Notes under the pieces: model-generated
The model's input: only the letters and a program-made list of their open reading frames with translations
Database searches by the model: none
What the model was told of the DNA's origin: nothing
Shown here: piece by piece, positions 20,273 through 28,812 of the stretch
How positions within the stretch are numbered: position 1 is the stretch's first letter
Layout of the letters: every line of letters begins with the position of its first letter
Program-made: the position numbers and the translations under genes
Source of the DNA: Nanobdellati archaeon
GTDB taxonomy: Archaea; EX4484-52; WAPT01
Direction: 5' to 3'
DNA: 52,167 nucleotides
Assembly: GCA_015520605.1 (NCBI GenBank)
Contig: WAPT01000020.1
Span: forward strand, 1-52,167

Positions 20273-20821
20273 TCACTCCCGCTTTCGAGATATATCTTTA
20301 CTTTCCTCACTCTTTTGCTTCTCTTTTTTCTTCTTGGCATTTTTGCTCTTCTTTTCTTCCACAAATGGTGGTCTATCAAGATGGATGACATAATCTGCCG
20401 CATGCTGTAACGCTTTGGAAAAAGCGGGTTCCCTGCCTATTATTATGACCTCTTTCCCGTGTTCCTTTGCTTTGTGAACGAGAGGTAAGAAATCCGCATC
20501 TCGTGTTGCTACAGCAATTATGTCTATATCCTTTCTGTGAACGGTATCCATGCACTCAACCGCAAGATAAACATCAACATCAGCAGTCTCATCTTTTATT
20601 TTGCTCATGCCGATGACGGGCTCGAAGCCCTCGTTAGCCACAGCCTCTATCAGTTTCTCTGGGGCGTACTGGTTAAGAAAGGCTTTGGCTATGACCACCT
20701 TGCCATACTTCTCAAGCTCATATTTCAGCTTCTGGAGGTTGACCTTGAATTCCTTGCGCAGAATGTTCGGGCCATCCATAAACACAGCTATTCTTTTTTT
20801 TCTCCGAAGAAACCTCATCAT
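20273..20821 (-). CDS. NYN domain (LabA/DUF88, TIGR00288-type) protein
   Basis: FMDGPN, DVDV and TRDADFLP motifs. Confidence 0.92.
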   Translation of the reverse strand: MMRFLRRKKRIAVFMDGPNILRKEFKVNLQKLKYELEKYGKVVIAKAFLNQYAPEKLIEAVANEGFEPVIGMSKIKDETADVDVYLAVECMDTVHRKDIDIIAVATRDADFLPLVHKAKEHGKEVIIIGREPAFSKALQHAADYVIHLDRPPFVEEKKSKNAKKKKEKQKSEESKDISRKRE

Positions 20822-20968
20822 AAATACCACCCGCAAATTCTGATTTCTCACCAATCTTTATAATTTTAGCAGGTTGTATGGGAAGAGCTCTTACCATTAT
20901 GCTGTGCTACTCTCAGCAAAGAACCTACTCCGCTGTATCCTGCAGAAGGCCGCGGATCCAAATAATCT

Positions 20969-21419
20969 TTAGATTATTTCCAAGAATTCCACGTATCTTT
21001 GAGAAATGACAGATTCTTCATCAGTAGTTCTCCTGATGGTCCCGCTTGTTACAATTTTGGATGTGTGGCTGGTGGAATCCATAACTCTGTCTTTTGCGCT
21101 CTCTGGCAAATCATTGAATTTCATTATGCTTTCCTGTTGCGAAGTCTATCGCATTGCATTTATTCTTCACTCAACTTCCTCAGCTTTAAGCGTACACCAT
21201 ACATCATTCTGCCAATTGCTGGATGTTATGTGTGTTAAAACGTGAGCTTCGATACTTCTTACAGTTAAGGGTTTGTAGTTAAAGTCCCTGACTTATATTT
21301 CTGTACCGAAAGCTTCCGCTGAGCTTTTTTCTGAGCTTTTCCTTTATCAACTCCGCAGCTTTCTGTTCGTTTTCCTGCAGTCCAGATGCAAGATCACAAA
21401 ACTACTGCAGGGTTTTCAT
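20969..21419 (-). pseudogene. Decayed gene coupled by an ATGA overlap to the upstream 435-aa ORF
   Basis: MKTLQ*FCDLASGLQENEQKAAELIKEKLRKK, a frameshift, then AEAFGTEI*VRDFNYKPL...EEVE*RINAMR*TSQQ...EFLEII*. Confidence 0.6.
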
Positions 21420-22723
21420 GACCTCCGCGCTTTTAGTATTCCGTTTCCCTCCACCCCCGTCACCACCTTTTCACATAAACTTCTCGTTGCTACGCCTGCC
21501 ACCGTGCTTAGGTCCTCATCCTCAACCGCAGTTTTGATGTTATTGAGGTCTGTTTCCATCTCCGGAAGGTAAAGTTGAAGAGCAACCTCGACATCATCGT
21601 ATCCAAGCTTTTTCGTGTAGGGTGTAGCTGAAACAGCTCTCAGAACTGCCGGATGCACCGCCTCTCTCTCAATCGAAAAGTCCGCTATCGGAGCTTTTGG
21701 TATGTTCAGCTCTCTGGCCATCGTTTCCTGAAGTTTAAGGGCCTGAGCAGGCTGGAACTTACCTCCGGGGAGGCCATCCCTGACAACATAAATAGCGTCT
21801 GGATTGTACGCAAGTGTGGAATGTATCAGGTAATTGTAGGCTTCTCTTGCTGTTATCCACGGCTTCATATCTTTCAGCTCTGATATGCTTATCTCTTCCT
21901 CTTTTTCCGTTTTTCTTGCAGGACATGCTGTTCTTCTGTTCACATCAATAAGGTAAAGCACCGCCTTACCTTCTGGTTGGGAGGCCCACACACCCTGTAT
22001 GTAAGGTTTCCTTCCATTCTCCACATCATCAAGAAGATGAGCTGTCACATTTCTGTAAACATCCGCAATACTATTGTAATTGGCCTCTCCGTCGAGCTTT
22101 TCCTCCGTAATGCTTCTGTGAAATTCAGGTAGCGATTCTTGCTTCTCTTTTATGCTCGTCCCGAAGTAGGACTCAAGTATTTCCGCTTTATCCCCGTTGA
22201 GCTTCAGATGGTGTGCTTCCAGCGGGTGCATGTCCTTGATAGAAGCTATGCCAACTTTTTTCAGATCCATGCCGTAATCCTTTCCGCCATCAGCCATGAT
22301 TATTTCCGCATAGCACCTCTTCTCGATGTTCTTGCTGTGCATGACATCGATGGGTAATGATGGCATAGATACTGCGTATTCAATCCCGAGATCCCCAGCC
22401 AGATGGTTTCCCACCGCTTTACACACTTCCAGCAGCACTGCATGCTCCAGCTTACATGTTGGCAGCTGTCTGCCAAAGAGCAGCGTTACATCCGCATCGC
22501 CATCCAGCACTCCACTTTTATACAGCTTGTCCTGAATTTCTGAAAAGGTGAGAGAAGTGTTGCAGTAATTTCCCATCCAACCGTCGATGATCTTTTCAAT
22601 TTCATTGCCGTTCATTCTCTTTTTCTCCATGGTTTTTTCCAGATCCTTAATACTGGTGATATACCTCACAACACTCTCACCACCCACTCCGACCACCTCC
22701 GTGCTTGAGTTTTTGAAGAACAT
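21416..22723 (-). CDS. Hypothetical protein (435 aa; true start may be a downstream GTG near 22670)
   Basis: Long ORF with genome-typical codon use; no family I can name. Confidence 0.85.
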   Translation of the reverse strand: MFFKNSSTEVVGVGGESVVRYITSIKDLEKTMEKKRMNGNEIEKIIDGWMGNYCNTSLTFSEIQDKLYKSGVLDGDADVTLLFGRQLPTCKLEHAVLLEVCKAVGNHLAGDLGIEYAVSMPSLPIDVMHSKNIEKRCYAEIIMADGGKDYGMDLKKVGIASIKDMHPLEAHHLKLNGDKAEILESYFGTSIKEKQESLPEFHRSITEEKLDGEANYNSIADVYRNVTAHLLDDVENGRKPYIQGVWASQPEGKAVLYLIDVNRRTACPARKTEKEEEISISELKDMKPWITAREAYNYLIHSTLAYNPDAIYVVRDGLPGGKFQPAQALKLQETMARELNIPKAPIADFSIEREAVHPAVLRAVSATPYTKKLGYDDVEVALQLYLPEMETDLNNIKTAVEDEDLSTVAGVATRSLCEKVVTGVEGNGILKARRS

Positions 22724-23125
22724 GCAGTAATTGGTGTTGAGCTTTTGCAGACTCCGAAAATACTGCCATGCAAGAACAGAGATATCGATGTATGACTAAA
22801 GGAACGGTAAGTTTATCAGAAGGTTCCCCTTTACTCCCGTTACACTTCAGCTGAGGCGAGGGGCTTTGGGGCGGGAAAAGGACAAAGAAAATCACGCGGC
22901 CATTATTTCCCCGCCCCTCGCCTCAGAAGCATCAGCATAAAACCAGAAGCCAAAGCCATAAAAGAAAAAGCCAAAATAGAAGGGAGTTGCGTTTCTTAAA
23001 AGCTTCTTAATGGGAGATGCCGCAGTATGGCTGATAGTATGGCTGATAATTTCCGCACACTCCAATAGAGAGTAACAACCGGAGTTTAGCTGCGGCATCT
23101 CCGCCTGCACCTTCTTCCTGCTGAC
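22721..23125 (-). ncRNA. Putative structured 5' leader/ncRNA with four consecutive stem-loops
   Basis: IR pairs: 23013-23025/23090-23102 (13 bp perfect), 22851-22864/22913-22926 (14 bp perfect, GC-rich), 22797-22805/22823-22833 and 22721-22729/22761-22770 (both bulged). Confidence 0.45.
22892..23098 (-). CDS. Putative 68-aa leader/precursor peptide with aromatic run FYFGFFFYGFGFWFY
   Basis: ATG 23098 lies ~50 nt after a TTTATATA box, with a GGTG-containing purine-rich sequence upstream. Coding status is unproven. Confidence 0.35.
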   Translation of the reverse strand: MPQLNSGCYSLLECAEIISHTISHTAASPIKKLLRNATPFYFGFFFYGFGFWFYADASEARGGEIMAA

Positions 23126-23147
23126 AGCCTGAATTAATGACAGGATA

Positions 23148-23162
23148 AATATATAAATGTTG
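23148..23162 (-). promoter_or_regulatory. Archaeal TATA promoter (AACATTTATATA)
   Basis: The same AACATTTATATA 12-mer occurs upstream of the HAD gene at ~29850. Confidence 0.6.
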
Positions 23163-23370
23163 TGGGTGTACTGCTTTAGTAATATTTGTTTGGTTGGATG
23201 GTTCTGACCATGAAAGATGAGAGCGCTTGAGGATGTTACTTGCCGGTTGCGTTTCACTGAAATGGTGTTAAGGCTGTTGAGCGCAACCTTGGAGTTCTCG
23301 TTGGAGTTCCCGCGCCATTAAAGGAAAATTTAAAAAGACACGCTTCAATTAAGTTATTGAACCTTCTTGC

Positions 23371-23448
23371 GGTCCGGTAGCTTAGCCTGGTCGGAGCGCC
23401 CGCCTGATAAGCGGGAGGTCGGGAGTTCAAATCTCCCCCGGACCACCA
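23371..23448 (+). tRNA. tRNA-Ile (anticodon GAT), intron-less, CCA encoded
   Basis: Cloverleaf: acceptor GGTCCGG/CCGGACC, anticodon arm CCCGC-CTGATAA-GCGGG, T arm GGGAG-TTCAAAT-CTCCC, 3' ACCA. Confidence 0.98.
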
Positions 23449-23506
23449 TCATTCTCTTTCAGATCCACCCCCAGTCATTTTGAGGACCGAGGCTTTTGTT
23501 ACATTA

Positions 23507-23526
23507 TTTGAAACAATTGTTTCAAA
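23507..23526. promoter_or_regulatory. Perfect 20-bp palindrome TTTGAAACAATTGTTTCAAA upstream of the oxidoreductase operon
   Basis: Read directly; lies ~45 nt upstream of a TTTATTAA TATA-like box. Confidence 0.55.
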
Positions 23527-23594
23527 AATGGAACAAACAAATCACAAGGTAATACCTAGTCGTTAACTTTATTAATACCCACAACCCTAATTCT

Positions 23595-24158
23595 ATGAAC
23601 ATGACAATGTACGAGATTACCATTCTCGGTAGAGGCGGACAGGGAGCTGTAACGTCAGCTTATGTCCTTGCAAAAGCAGCCTTTCATGATGGGATGGAAG
23701 TGCAGGCATTTCCGTTTTTCGGAGTTGAAAGAAGAGGCGCACCGGTCATGTCTTTCTGCAGGATAAGCGATGAGCCCATAAAGCTCAGGGAACAGATTTA
23801 CAAAGCGGATTACTTCATTGTGCTGGATCCTGCGCTTCTTTCAAGCGTAAATGTGCTTGAAAGAATAAAGGACCACGGAGAGATCATAGTGAATTCTGCT
23901 CACTTCCCGGAAGAGCTCGGAAAAGCTGAAGGGAAGGGAGTAAAGGTCAGTTATGTGGATGCCACGAAAACTGCTCTGGAAATTATAGGAAAACCCTTCG
24001 TAAACATAATAATGCTCGGAGCCTTTGCAGCCATATCCAAATTGGTAACGCTGAACGCTCTCGAAAAAGCCATAGAGGAGCACTTTTCCTCAAAGCCTGA
24101 AGCTGCCGAGCTAAACAAAAAGGCAACTGAAGCCATATTCAAAGCTCTTCAAAAGTGA
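23595..24158 (+). CDS. porG: Pyruvate/2-oxoacid:ferredoxin oxidoreductase gamma subunit
   Basis: GRGGQGAVT and FPFFGVERRGAPV motifs. Confidence 0.93.
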   Translation: MNMTMYEITILGRGGQGAVTSAYVLAKAAFHDGMEVQAFPFFGVERRGAPVMSFCRISDEPIKLREQIYKADYFIVLDPALLSSVNVLERIKDHGEIIVNSAHFPEELGKAEGKGVKVSYVDATKTALEIIGKPFVNIIMLGAFAAISKLVTLNALEKAIEEHFSSKPEAAELNKKATEAIFKALQK

Positions 24159-24167
24159 GGTGTGTCC

Positions 24168-24464
24168 ATGTCAAAAACAAAGCAACAGAAAGATCTTCCT
24201 GGTGGAATAATAACGGATATTGGAAGTACTGCAAGAAACAAAACCGGCTCGTGGCGCACCTTTAAGCCAGTGGTTAATCTCGAGAAGTGTGCTGGCTGCG
24301 GCATCTGCGAGAAGTTCTGCCCTGAGGGGTGCATAACCATCCAGAAGGTTGAGGGGTACGATAAGCCAAAGTGCGCAATAAATTATGACTATTGTAAGGG
24401 CTGTCTTATCTGCATGGAAGAGTGTCCGTTCAAGGCCATAAACAGTGTTGTTGAGGAGAAATAA
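24168..24464 (+). CDS. porD: Pyruvate/2-oxoacid:ferredoxin oxidoreductase delta subunit (2x[4Fe-4S])
   Basis: KTGSWR and two CxxCxxCxxxCP motifs. Confidence 0.93.
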   Translation: MSKTKQQKDLPGGIITDIGSTARNKTGSWRTFKPVVNLEKCAGCGICEKFCPEGCITIQKVEGYDKPKCAINYDYCKGCLICMEECPFKAINSVVEEK

Positions 24465-24481
24465 AGGATGCGGTGGATCTC

Positions 24482-25648
24482 ATGCCGAGAGAGGTAATGG
24501 AAGGAAGTCAGGCTGTGGCAAGAGTCGTTGCCAACTGCGATGTTAAGGTCATTGCTGCTTATCCCATAACCCCGCAGACACACATCGTGCAGGAGCTTGC
24601 CAAGATGCATGCCGATAGTGTGATTGATTGTGAATACATAAACGTTGAGGCGGAGTTCTCAGCAATCTCTGCCATTCTTGGTGCGACGGCAGCAGGGGCG
24701 AGAAGCTTCACCGCCACATGCTCCCAAGGCTTAGCATTGATGCACGAAGTGGTGTTTGCTGCAGCGGGCATGAGAATTCCACTTGTGATGGTTATAGCCA
24801 ACAGGGCTCTCTCAGCTCCGATAAACATATGGAACGATCATCAGGACAGTATGGCTGAGAGGGATTCTGGCTGGATTCAGCTTTACTGCGAGAATGTACA
24901 GGAAGTTGTTGATAGTGTAGTGCAGGCTTACAAAATAGCTGAGCACAAGGATGTTCTTCTACCCGTAATGGTATGTATGGATGGCTTCTATCTTACTCAT
25001 GTTTATGAGCCTGTTGAAATCCCCTCCAAAGAAAAGGTTGTGAAGTTCCTCGGAAAGTTCAGTTATCCTTACAAACTTGATCCCAAAAAGCCTGTAACCA
25101 TGGGGCCACTTGCATTTCCTGCAGATTATGCAAGGCTAAGAAAGCAGCTTGCCGAAGCAGTGTGGAACTCGAAGGAAATTGTAAGGAAAGTACATGACGA
25201 CTACGCGAAGCGCTTCGGAAGATCTTACGGAGATGGTTTTCTCGAGGTTTATGGAGATGGTAGTAAAGCTATAGTTGCCATGGGAAGCATGTGCGGTACG
25301 ATAAAACACATGATAGATAAAGATGAGCTTGAGGACGTCTCTCTCATAAGGGTAAGAACTTTCAGACCCTTCCCGAAGGATGAGATCAGGGATGTGCTGA
25401 AGGATAAGGATACTGTGATTGTAATGGAGAAAAACATATCCTTAGGTAATGCTGGCGCTGTCTATCTGGAGGTTAAAGATGCGCTGTACGATGAAAAAAG
25501 AAAGCCCAAAATTGTGAACTTTATAGTTGGACTGGGCGGAGTGGATGTTAACAGACCCACCATAAAATACGTTGTGGAAAAAGCGGAGAAGGTTAAGAGC
25601 GGTTTCGTAGAGATCGTGGATGGAAATGAAATTAGCGCATCCTACTAG
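24482..25648 (+). CDS. porA: Pyruvate/2-oxoacid:ferredoxin oxidoreductase alpha subunit
   Basis: AYPITPQT, SQGLALMHE, NRALSAP and FRPFP motifs. Confidence 0.93.
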   Translation: MPREVMEGSQAVARVVANCDVKVIAAYPITPQTHIVQELAKMHADSVIDCEYINVEAEFSAISAILGATAAGARSFTATCSQGLALMHEVVFAAAGMRIPLVMVIANRALSAPINIWNDHQDSMAERDSGWIQLYCENVQEVVDSVVQAYKIAEHKDVLLPVMVCMDGFYLTHVYEPVEIPSKEKVVKFLGKFSYPYKLDPKKPVTMGPLAFPADYARLRKQLAEAVWNSKEIVRKVHDDYAKRFGRSYGDGFLEVYGDGSKAIVAMGSMCGTIKHMIDKDELEDVSLIRVRTFRPFPKDEIRDVLKDKDTVIVMEKNISLGNAGAVYLEVKDALYDEKRKPKIVNFIVGLGGVDVNRPTIKYVVEKAEKVKSGFVEIVDGNEISASY

Positions 25649-25663
25649 AAGGAGGTGCTTGAA

Positions 25664-26572
25664 ATGGGAATAGGGTTGAAGCAGTTTGCTCCCGGTCACA
25701 GAACATGTGCCGGGTGCGGTTCGGCCATAGTTTTCAGGCATGTGCTTGAAGCGCTGGGTAATGATGTCATAATCTGTCAGGCAACAGGCTGCATGGAGGT
25801 AACCACAACCCCGTATCCCGAGACTTCCTTCAAGGTGCCGTGGATCCATGTTGTGTTTGAGAACGCTGCCTCTGTTGCAAGCGGAGTCAAGAGGGCTTTG
25901 AAGGCGCAAGGCAACAATCACACGAGAGTTGTGGCAATGGGTGGAGATGGCGGGATGATAGACATCGGGTTTGGTGCTGTCTCTGGAGCTTTAGAGAGGG
26001 GGGAGGATATAATTATCATAGTTTACGATACTGAAGCCTACAGCAACACCGGCTTGCAGAGGAGTGGTGGCACGCCATTTGGTGCTTCCACAACAACAAG
26101 CCCGGCTGGCAAAAAAATCCCGGGTAAGCAGGAGTGGAAGAAAAACATAGCTATGCTGGCTGTAATGCACGGAGCAAAGTACGTTGCTACAGCCAACCCT
26201 GCGTTTTGGGCAGATCTGCAGGCAAAGGTTAAGAAAGCCTACAAACTTGAGGGAGGCCCAAGATTAATCCATATTTACGCTCCTTGCCCAGTGGGCTGGC
26301 ATGTAGAGCCGAGCAAAACAATAAAGGTTGCAAGGCTTGCCGTTGAAACCGGGCTGTGGATGTTATACGAGGTAGAGGAAGGTAAACTTAAGATCAACTA
26401 CAAACCAAAGGAGTTCAAACCCGTGGAGGATTACTTCAAACTTCAGGGCAGGTTCAAGCATCTACTCAGCAGGAAGGACATAATGGAGAAAATCGAATCC
26501 CACATCAAGGAGTGGTGGGAAACGATGGAGAAAGTGGAGGAGGAAGGCGTCAACCTGCTGAAAATGATATAA
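25664..26572 (+). CDS. porB: Pyruvate/2-oxoacid:ferredoxin oxidoreductase beta subunit (TPP-binding)
   Basis: GHRTCAGC, ATGC, GGDGG, YSNTGLQRS and APCP motifs; GGAGGTG SD. Confidence 0.93.
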   Translation: MGIGLKQFAPGHRTCAGCGSAIVFRHVLEALGNDVIICQATGCMEVTTTPYPETSFKVPWIHVVFENAASVASGVKRALKAQGNNHTRVVAMGGDGGMIDIGFGAVSGALERGEDIIIIVYDTEAYSNTGLQRSGGTPFGASTTTSPAGKKIPGKQEWKKNIAMLAVMHGAKYVATANPAFWADLQAKVKKAYKLEGGPRLIHIYAPCPVGWHVEPSKTIKVARLAVETGLWMLYEVEEGKLKINYKPKEFKPVEDYFKLQGRFKHLLSRKDIMEKIESHIKEWWETMEKVEEEGVNLLKMI

Positions 26573-26635
26573 AGGCCATGCTCAAAAGGGAAATGTAAAA
26601 ATCGTTATGTGATGTTCCAAGAACGGTGATGTGGC

Positions 26636-26926
26636 ATGCTGGCAGGCAGATTCGTGATCGATATTATCAATACAATCAACATAATCATTGCCTTCATATT
26701 GTTTACAATAACAATTAGAACATATTGTTCCTACAAGCTCAAAATTTTCAAGAGGGCATGGGGTGTGCTCGCATTCGGAGCTTTTTTGTGGGTTCTCGGT
26801 CACATATTCATGATCCTGCATGCTCCGCCCTATATCCATTACACGCTTTTCACATTATTCATTGTTTTCCTGGCGATCGGGATATTTATGTTATCCCAGG
26901 CCGCCAAAACGCTGGGGGGTGTGTAA
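26636..26926 (+). CDS. Small 3-TM membrane protein
   Basis: Hydrophobic 96-aa ORF with a GGTGA SD. Confidence 0.7.
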   Translation: MLAGRFVIDIINTINIIIAFILFTITIRTYCSYKLKIFKRAWGVLAFGAFLWVLGHIFMILHAPPYIHYTLFTLFIVFLAIGIFMLSQAAKTLGGV

Positions 26927-26980
26927 AAGCCTGTGGATATGGTTTTGGTAAGTTCATACTATCATTAGGCTATCATTAGT

Positions 26981-27817
26981 TTACCGTATAAGGTGACTTC
27001 CATCACAACTCCTCGCCTTAAACGGTACACCTTCCCTGCAAAAAGCGCAGCTTATGCCAAGTTCGTGACATTTCTTTTCCACCACCTTCAGCATACTCCT
27101 CCTGAGCTCTTCAGGAAGATAAAAGTAACTTCCAACCTTTTCTCCTTTCCTGAAGTAAAGCTCATCAAGCTTTTCTTTCAGCTGTGGAAAATGCAGTACT
27201 ATTCTGCCGTATCCGTCCTTCTTCAGCTTCAGTGTGGAAGTTACAACATGATCCACAAAGCTGCACGCTTCCAGCACCTCCAGCCATTCCTCTTTACTTG
27301 CCCACGGCAGCAAGGGATCAAGCCTCAGGATTGTGGGTACTCCAGCATCATGCAACATTTTTAGCGCTTCGATCCTCTTTTCCATGGATGGTGCGTTCAG
27401 CTCAAGTTGCTTGGCCGTTCTACCTGTGATTGTTATGGCAACGGCAGCCCTCATTTCCGCAAGAAGGTCAACATCTCTAGCAACTATATCGCTCTTTGTT
27501 ACAACAAGAACTCTAACGCTGTGTTCTTTCATTAATTGGAGACATTTTCTTGTGAGCTCCTTTATTTTTTCCGCAGGCGGATAAGGATCAGAAGAGTTCG
27601 ACATTGAAATGAGCACACCGCTCTCCAGCCTTTCCAGGTCTTTCTCCAGCCTTCTGAGGAGATCCCTTTTTTCTCTCACCTCCCAGAAACGGGGAATATA
27701 GGTGGCATAACAGTAAAGGCAGCGATGTGCACATCCGGTGTAGGGATTGAAGGACAGCTTGGGAGAGCATGTGCACAGCTTTGATTTCCATGGGTCGAAA
27801 GGTTGAAGGATTCGCAT
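26981..27817 (-). CDS. Radical SAM protein (spore photoproduct lyase-like family)
   Basis: NPYTGCAHRCLYCYA, SNSSDPYPP and VTKS motifs. Confidence 0.9.
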   Translation of the reverse strand: MRILQPFDPWKSKLCTCSPKLSFNPYTGCAHRCLYCYATYIPRFWEVREKRDLLRRLEKDLERLESGVLISMSNSSDPYPPAEKIKELTRKCLQLMKEHSVRVLVVTKSDIVARDVDLLAEMRAAVAITITGRTAKQLELNAPSMEKRIEALKMLHDAGVPTILRLDPLLPWASKEEWLEVLEACSFVDHVVTSTLKLKKDGYGRIVLHFPQLKEKLDELYFRKGEKVGSYFYLPEELRRSMLKVVEKKCHELGISCAFCREGVPFKARSCDGSHLIR

Positions 27818-27827
27818 AAAAACAGGG

Positions 27828-28769
27828 TTAGCTGTGAGATCTTAAAAACTCTTCCACCTCCTGCCTTGTGGGCAGGGAGGTTATGGCTCCTTTCCTCTGA
27901 ACGGAAAGGGCCGCAACGGCAGATGCGAAGCGCAACAGCTCATGACCTTCCATCCCGTCAAGCATCCCGACACAGACACCTGCCGAGAAAGCATCTCCAG
28001 CTCCCGTGGTATCGACAGCTTTAACCTTGAAGGCCGGACATGAAATTTTTTCACCAGCTCTCGTCACCATCACGCAACCTTCGGCACCTCTGGTGATGAC
28101 CGCCATCCTGAGGTGTGACGATTCCTCCACAAATTCCTGGAGCCATTCGAGCGCTTCTGAAAGCCTGTTCGTGTTGGCAAACCAGAGTAATTCTTCTTCA
28201 GAAGGAAGAAACACGGTAGATGCTTTGAGAAGGTTAATAAGCTCGCATCTGGCGCTTTCCTTCAAATAATCCCTCCTGAGATTTGGATCAAACGAGACTA
28301 TTAAGTTATGCTTTCGTGCATACTCAATCGCTTTTATCAGCCCCGGCCTGATTTTTTTCCTGAAATAGGAAAGTGTGTGGAAATGGAAGATTTTTGCGTT
28401 TTTGAAGGCATCTTCCTTAATGCCAAGAACAAGATCCTCATCAGCCGTGCCATCCAGATAGAGGGAGAATTCCGGCCTGCCCTTTTCATCCAGACTGACA
28501 AAAGCCAGCGGAGTCTTCTTCTCGCTCCACACGATGAAATCCGTAACCACACGGTTTTCCTTCAGCGTCTCAAGCAGAAATTCCCCGAAAGCGTCCTTAC
28601 TTATCCCGGTTATCAGAGCTGCACTTCTCCCGAGTCTGTTAACCGCAACAGCAAAGTTTGCAGGAGCACCACCAAAGCACCTCTCAAACTTCCTGCAGTC
28701 TTTGAGACTTTTTCCCCTCTCTCCGATAAAGTCTATCAACACTTCCCCAAGAGTTATGACGTCGGGCAT
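27828..28769 (-). CDS. PfkB/ribokinase-family carbohydrate kinase (fructokinase-like)
   Basis: GGAPANFA, FDPNLR and DTTGAGDAF motifs. Confidence 0.93.
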   Translation of the reverse strand: MPDVITLGEVLIDFIGERGKSLKDCRKFERCFGGAPANFAVAVNRLGRSAALITGISKDAFGEFLLETLKENRVVTDFIVWSEKKTPLAFVSLDEKGRPEFSLYLDGTADEDLVLGIKEDAFKNAKIFHFHTLSYFRKKIRPGLIKAIEYARKHNLIVSFDPNLRRDYLKESARCELINLLKASTVFLPSEEELLWFANTNRLSEALEWLQEFVEESSHLRMAVITRGAEGCVMVTRAGEKISCPAFKVKAVDTTGAGDAFSAGVCVGMLDGMEGHELLRFASAVAALSVQRKGAITSLPTRQEVEEFLRSHS

Positions 28770-28812
28770 TTTCCTCCCTCAGGAATAAAGAGTTATCAGA
28801 CTTTCTATCCAT

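Noticed and set aside
22851-23102. MITE interpretation of the two perfect inverted repeats
   Set aside because: No flanking target-site duplications, no second copy and no transposase in the window.
22721-23125. RNase P RNA or SRP RNA as the identity of the structured region
   Set aside because: I could not find the RNase P GAGGAAAGUCC/CR-V motifs or an SRP helix-8 motif on either strand by eye; an Infernal search should confirm.
20860-23448. tRNA-integrated mobile element
   Set aside because: No integrase and no duplicated tRNA fragment (att site) found in the window.
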